The notes below the pieces were generated by a model, which did not search any database, had not been told where the DNA came from, and saw only the letters and a list, made by a program, of their open reading frames with translations. Position numbers and translations under genes: made by a program. From the human T2T-CHM13v2.0 reference genome, Homo sapiens, in NCBI RefSeq assembly GCF_009914755.1, contig NC_060931.1: DNA of 64,000 bases. One strand, given 5' to 3'. This document shows, one piece after another, positions 58,461 through 64,000 of this stretch. The number at the start of each line of letters is the position of its first letter. The stretch's first letter is position 1.

Positions 58461-61400
58461 ATGTGAGATATTACAAAGGGTAACCTTTTACTTTCTTCCA
58501 TTTGTTCTCAGAAAGCTTAAGTCTCCAAAGCGGGCATGACTTTAATACCCACAACCCGAGAGTTCTTTGGGGAGTCGTTCCTTAAAACCTGACATTGAAT
58601 CAAGGCACTCCAAGGGGCTGAAAGCGAACATCTCTTTGTCACTTCACCAAGACCACAGTCCTCCTTGTTTAGCTGGCAGATCGTTTTTTGGCCATTCAGC
58701 TTCCTCTATAGTCATTGAAATGGAAAACCCAGGATGTCTCCCCTGTGGGGTTTTGTTTTCCATTTTATCAGGATCTCAAAATGTCTCTGTGTGTCCACAA
58801 AGGGTATTCAAACCTGTACAGATGAGAAGCCAGACAAACTGCCAAGGCTTGGAGACCCAGAAGCTGGGGGCAACACCTGAATACTTTTGCCGGAATGGGC
58901 TGGGCGGGTACCTGCACTCCAGCTTCATACAGCTTTGCTGGGACTCCTTGACGTTATGGTCTTGTACGTTTAGGATAGCATTCAAGTAGCTTATAGTGTA
59001 ACATCCAAGGGCCAAAGGGAGTCTTATGTGGTCTAGGTCAGTTTTTCAGTCCATACTCAATACTCCTAAGTAATCCCCTCCACGTGTATTCTGCTAATTA
59101 AGAGGCCACATGTCTGTATGTCCATGTTCCCAGGATATTCAAAAAGGCAGAAAACAAATCTCTCTCTCTTTCTAGCTCCAAAATTCCCTTGCACGATATG
59201 TATCTGCTAGTTTGGAAGACATAAATATACGCATTCATATTTAAATGACAATCATTGAGCATCCTCAATTGTGTGATTATTATCTTATACCTTTATACCA
59301 TGGGAGAATAAAACAGTCTTCTACTTTTGTCTGTTTCTACTCATCTTTCACCATAATTCGCCCACACATTCACAGGCACTGTCTCTTCCCAATGCTCATA
59401 CTTACTTCTTACCTTCCTGACGGAAAGAGTAAGACCCACACATAGGACTGTAAAATCTTTCTCTAAAGCAGAACATTTTAGTGTCAACTTTAAAATGAAG
59501 ACTCCATTTTCTAACTCACTCATCTACTGTAGTGCAACTATAACTGGATCATTTCACACTTCTAGGAAATTTAGTACTGTGCTTTCCTCTTAGAATTTGA
59601 TACTCTTCCTTGCACAATCAAGTATGCAGTGACTTGCATTTATTATAGAGATTTGGAGCACTTTTGCTCCATGGCAAACTTAAAGCTATTGTTGACAGAA
59701 ATAAAAACGGGAAAAATTCCCTGGGAAGGTGTTTAGATAGGAGAAAGAGGATTAAAGCAAAATTTTGATTTTTTTTTAAAAAAGGATTCCAAATACGGAA
59801 TAGAGAAAAATGAACTTTTATAACATAATAGGTTTGGGGATTTTTTTCCAAGTTTGCATTATATGCTTTCTCATGATTTTCTGACACTGGCTTGTCAATT
59901 GAATTTTATTCCTAACAGCAGTTGCCTTATGGAAACCTGCTCTGCCTTCTCTAGTCCTGCAGTTCATTGTCAACCTGCCCTACAGGATACCTTGTCATTC
60001 TTCTTCACACATCTTGATATGGTGGTTATTCATCTTGCCAAGCAAGCTGGGATTGGAAGAACCCTCTGTGTTATAACTTCTGGCTTTATTTTTCACAGAC
60101 TCAAAGTAAGCTTTGAGGTCAACTGTGCTGTGGCTCTACAATGAATATTCAACAATGTACTTTGTGTCCACAGGTGTCCCGTTCAGAGCATCCAGACTAA
60201 TGGACAGTTAAGGAAACGACCCAACAGCTATTAGGGCTCCCTTGCTATTGCCAAGCTTGTTTTCATGCTGCAGGTGGTACTGAATTATATAACACATGCG
60301 CAGCTAAACAAGCAAAGACCCTGCATGTTCACCACATTCTCTCTCCTCTGAACTCTGAGGTTAATACCAGTTGTCAAACTGGCTTACGGGAAGGCACTAT
60401 ACCTGCTCACAGCTTGGCTAAGAATCAAAGAGATGTTTGTTTTGAAAGAATAAAATCCTTTACACCAAATATGGTTTGCATCTTTCTTTGGCTTTAATAC
60501 CGTTTTTAACCACATCTTTTATATTGACTTCTCCCTCTCACAGTTCATATTTCATCACCTAAAAAAGGTAATCCAATGTCTTTATTCATGCTCATGTGTT
60601 AATTGCAAAATTAGTGGCAATATTTCTTCTGGCACTAATAGTGTTTATCATTGATGCCACGTTCTTAGATGGTAGATGCTCAAAGATATTTTATATATAG
60701 GTTTATAATTTTTCCATGACAATGTGATTTTTGTTTGATATGAAGATTGGGTGGCTTTTCTTCTGTTTAATCACTACCAGAAATAATTTCTTCTTCTTGT
60801 CACAGCACTATTTAATAATCATTTCTCAGTAGCGCTATGGCCACAGCCTTTGGAATTCAAATATGTGGCTCCAGATTTAAACATATGTAATCAGCAAAAA
60901 TGAAATATTGTTTAATGCTTAAATTATGGAAAGTTACCATAGCCTAGAATTAATGTTCTATTTATAAATTAATTATTGGCTTTGAAAATTTGTTTTACTT
61001 AAAATAGCCCGTATGTGACTAGGATAAGTAAAAAAAAGTTTAATATTGATATTTAATTTTCAAAAATACAGTGTACAATAAGTTACAAAGTAAGAACTTC
61101 GGACTTAACCACTGAAACTGTTATTTTATCTCAGCCCAGGAACAGAAACATGTTTAGCTGAAGCTTAGAGGCCTTCCCTGGCACTCTCCTTCCTAAACCA
61201 CCACCCCTCCTTCCCTCGTACGTAGACTCATTTTCTAACTCATTATCCTCTTTTATTTTCTTCCTTACTACTTGCTGAAATTTTGCCTACTTATTTGCTT
61301 TTCCTTAATTGAGAATGAAAGCTCAATGAAAGCAGGTACCTAATAGGTGTTTACTCATGTGCTATCAGGGCTTAGAAGAATAACATGTGGGCATTCAATA

Positions 61401-61571
61401 AATATTTGATTGAGGGAAGCAATGGATGGATGTTTTCAACTGGTGACATCTATAGCCCATTTTAAAAATATAAAACATATCAGTTCATATAGTTATTTTT
61501 TAGGAGTGACATATGAGTTCTGGAGTAATACACTTGCTTTCAAAGTATTTATATTTGAAACTTGAGATACA

Positions 61572-62584
61572 TAGGCAGTTCTTGCTATGCATAGTAGTTT
61601 AGGACCATAAAACTGACCTTGTTTTAAGATCAACCTTAATTATCAATAGGAAAATTATGGTTTTTTTTATGACCTATCATTAAAAACTCTGTTATTCATA
61701 AATGTATAGAAAAATTAAAATATTGTAAAATTGATATTTATTTAGTATACAGCCACATAAAACATTAGAAATATTGAGATGTAAAGTGTTTGGTTTTGCA
61801 AAGTATTTATCAAGAGTCATTAGAACAGCTTGCTTTTCTTTTTTCATGGTACACATTACAATACAGAATAAGCATTTTTCCGTGCCTTGGCAAATCATCA
61901 TACACCTTTCTAGATTTGGATTAGCTTCCAAAACTTCACTTATTCTTCACTCTTTCAGTGTCATAAAATAAATCCAAGAATCCATTAAAGTGAGTTACTG
62001 CCAGCATCAATTCCCTCAGGACACCTTCATCCTCTTAGTCATATCCAATTTCCTTATTTATAGCTATTAATTTGCCTTTACTAAGTGCCTTTGGCCACAC
62101 ATGGAGAGTCTCTCAAGTGGCAGCAGCATCAATGTTTTTACCTTCAGTTACTTCTGTAACTCCACTTATGTTTGACTTGAGTTTCACTTCCAGTGTTAAA
62201 TTATTTCTCATTTCTTGCCTGCACTTTCATCTTTGTTGTCCAATTTCTTCTTTGGATTACCAATTTTTGAAAAACATCTTGTGAATTTATCATTGTGAGA
62301 CAGGGAGGCAACAAAAGTACATGGTTTGTTGCCTGTGCCTAAAGTGAATAACAGATTCACAGTGACCAATTACAGACAGACTATGAAAGAAGGGATGTGA
62401 TGGGTCACCAACTAGAAAGCAAATTTGTTATGTATGTCGTGATTTGTAGATTGAGCAGCTAGCAGTGAAATTTGTATTTATGCAGTTTAAGTATTTTATA
62501 TACTTTTAGTTAATATATTAATAAATTATGTTGTTGGGGGACTGGTGTGAATTAATTTTACTATGGTAAAGTGAAGACTGTCAG
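61572..62584 (-). mobile_element. Internally deleted Tigger (Tigger6-like) element
   Basis: Degenerate TIRs taggcagttcttgctatgcatagta and tactatggtaaagtgaagactgtcag|ta. ORF 61692-61931 (ANPNLERCMMICQG.EK) resembles a Tigger transposase C-terminus. Confidence 0.65.
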
Positions 62585-62849
62585 TAATTTAAAACTTCAT
62601 TTGTTTGCCAAACTTTCAAATGATGTCTGAATACCTTAACGTGTGAAAGAAGCTACTTTCAAAACATGGAAAGTTGAGTTTTTACCCTTGGAAGTCACAT
62701 ATGAAAAACAAAGAGGGATTTTGCTTTCTTAATGTCATTCCCTGTGAGACAGACAGCAGTAGATATTTAGTCATAGCCATAGCCTAAGTTTAAGAAAACA
62801 AAATGTTATAATTGTGTAGTTATATGCTTGAATTTACTAATCAGGATTA

Positions 62850-63005
62850 TCTCAATGGTCTCAAACTCGATCATGTATTAGAATCACCATGAGGGCTCAT
62901 TAAAGGGCCAGATTGCTGGCCCTACCCTCAGAGTCTGGGGTACTAGCTGAGAATTTGCATGTCTAACGAGTTCTTAGGTGAAGCTGATGCTGCAGAGCCA
63001 CCAAC
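62850..63005. mobile_element. MER5A-like MITE
   Basis: tggtctcaaact...attagaatcacc...cagattgctggccctaccctcagag...gagaatttgcatgtctaac. Confidence 0.75.
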
Positions 63006-63382
63006 TTAAACACAATCAGAAGAGTATTCCATGGGGAGAGAGAAGAGAATCCACAGATCGTAATCTAGGAAAATCATAGACACTGAATCAAAGAAATTAG
63101 TGGGATCTTAGAGATCTTTTAGTGTAGGTCCCTCGTTTTACAAATGAAGAAATAGAAGCCTGAAAAATTCAGGTGATTTAATACAAAATCAGCCAGTTGT
63201 AGAGGCTGGTCTAGAACATAGAATCTATTATATTCCAACAAATTCTAGAAGACTGCTAGTGCCATAGTAGGTCGTATTTTCAATAGATACATGCCAAATA
63301 CATTACACACACACAAAATGGCTCTCAAACTTTAGTGTGTCTGAAAGTAGTTCTGTGGCCTTGCTAAAAATTAACATTCTTA

Positions 63383-63552
63383 AGCTGGGCACTGTGGTGT
63401 ATGCCTATAGTCTCAGCTACTCGGAACGTGGAGAAAGAAGGACCGCCTAAGCCCAGGAGTGAATTCCTGGGCTCAAGCTGTAGTGTGCAATGATTATGCC
63501 TGTGAATAGCAACTGCACTCCAGCCTGGGCAGCACAGCGAGACCCTGTCTCT

Positions 63553-63569
<17 letters not shown>
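63383..63569 (+). mobile_element. FAM (fossil Alu monomer) inserted in a MER5-like element
   Basis: FAM-specific 'gcctgtgaatagc.actgcactccagcctgggc'. A tail followed by (AT)n. TSD aaattaac[a/c]ttc[t/c]taa. Confidence 0.8.
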
Positions 63570-63585
<16 letters not shown>

Positions 63586-63859
63586 TATAAATTAACCTTC
63601 CTAAGCCCTCATCTAAAAATTCTGATTCATAGATAAAGTATGGGGCACTTTAAGACCACAGCCCCATGAGATTCTAAAGAACAGGTAAATTGTTCTTTAA
63701 GAGACAATGTTCTACGATTGTGTAAGCTGATGTTTTAAGCCAAATAATCTACACACAGAAAATAACAAAACGCCAACTTTAAAAAAAATTTTTTTGCAAA
63801 ATACTTTCACAGGCTATGATAATTCCCTCCAAAGATCCAGTAAGGTCAGTGAGGCAACT

Positions 63860-64000
63860 GTCACACTCCCTTTTTGAAGAAATCTTGGAGAAGTCTCCAT
63901 TCTGGGAACCTCCTCCTTCTCATCCATGGAAAGGGTAATAATACTAAAATGGATCTCACAGAATTGTTTAGAGTATAAAATGGGATGAGATATAGGAAGG
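63860..64000 (+). mobile_element. MIR fragment
   Basis: tcttggagaagtc...ttctcatccatggaaagggtaataata...tcacagaattgtt. Confidence 0.5.

Noticed and set aside
60465-60474. CArG box CCAAATATGG
   Set aside because: Several CC(A/T)6GG matches are expected by chance in 64 kb of AT-rich DNA.

Overview
Primate, almost certainly human or great-ape, AT-rich non-coding genomic DNA. It contains a near-consensus AluY. I find no supportable host protein-coding exon. The ORF track consists of retroviral and transposase remnants, Alu translations and chance ORFs, many opened at TTG/GTG. The dominant feature is a 6.3-kb minus-strand LTR2-family HERV-E/Harlequin-type mosaic provirus (1648-7983). It has two LTRs, a tRNA-Glu PBS, a PPT, and gag, pol and two different env remnants. 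Two things about it are unusual. (1) It is flanked by a 120-bp direct duplication of host DNA instead of a 4-6 bp TSD, and its 5' LTR still carries PPT bases, which points to an aberrant one-ended or host-repaired integration. (2) Its env remnants show heavy G-to-A, APOBEC3-type hypermutation. The rest is TE archaeology: 11 Alus plus a FAM monomer, L1/L2/MIR fragments, MaLR/ERVL/ERV1 LTRs, a near-full Tigger1, MER2, a Tigger6-like element, hAT MITEs, a tailless 36-nt U2 retrocopy and microsatellites. Subfamily names come from my recollection of consensus sequences, not from a database search. Coordinates of old elements are approximate. I see no convincing evidence of a wholly new biological system.
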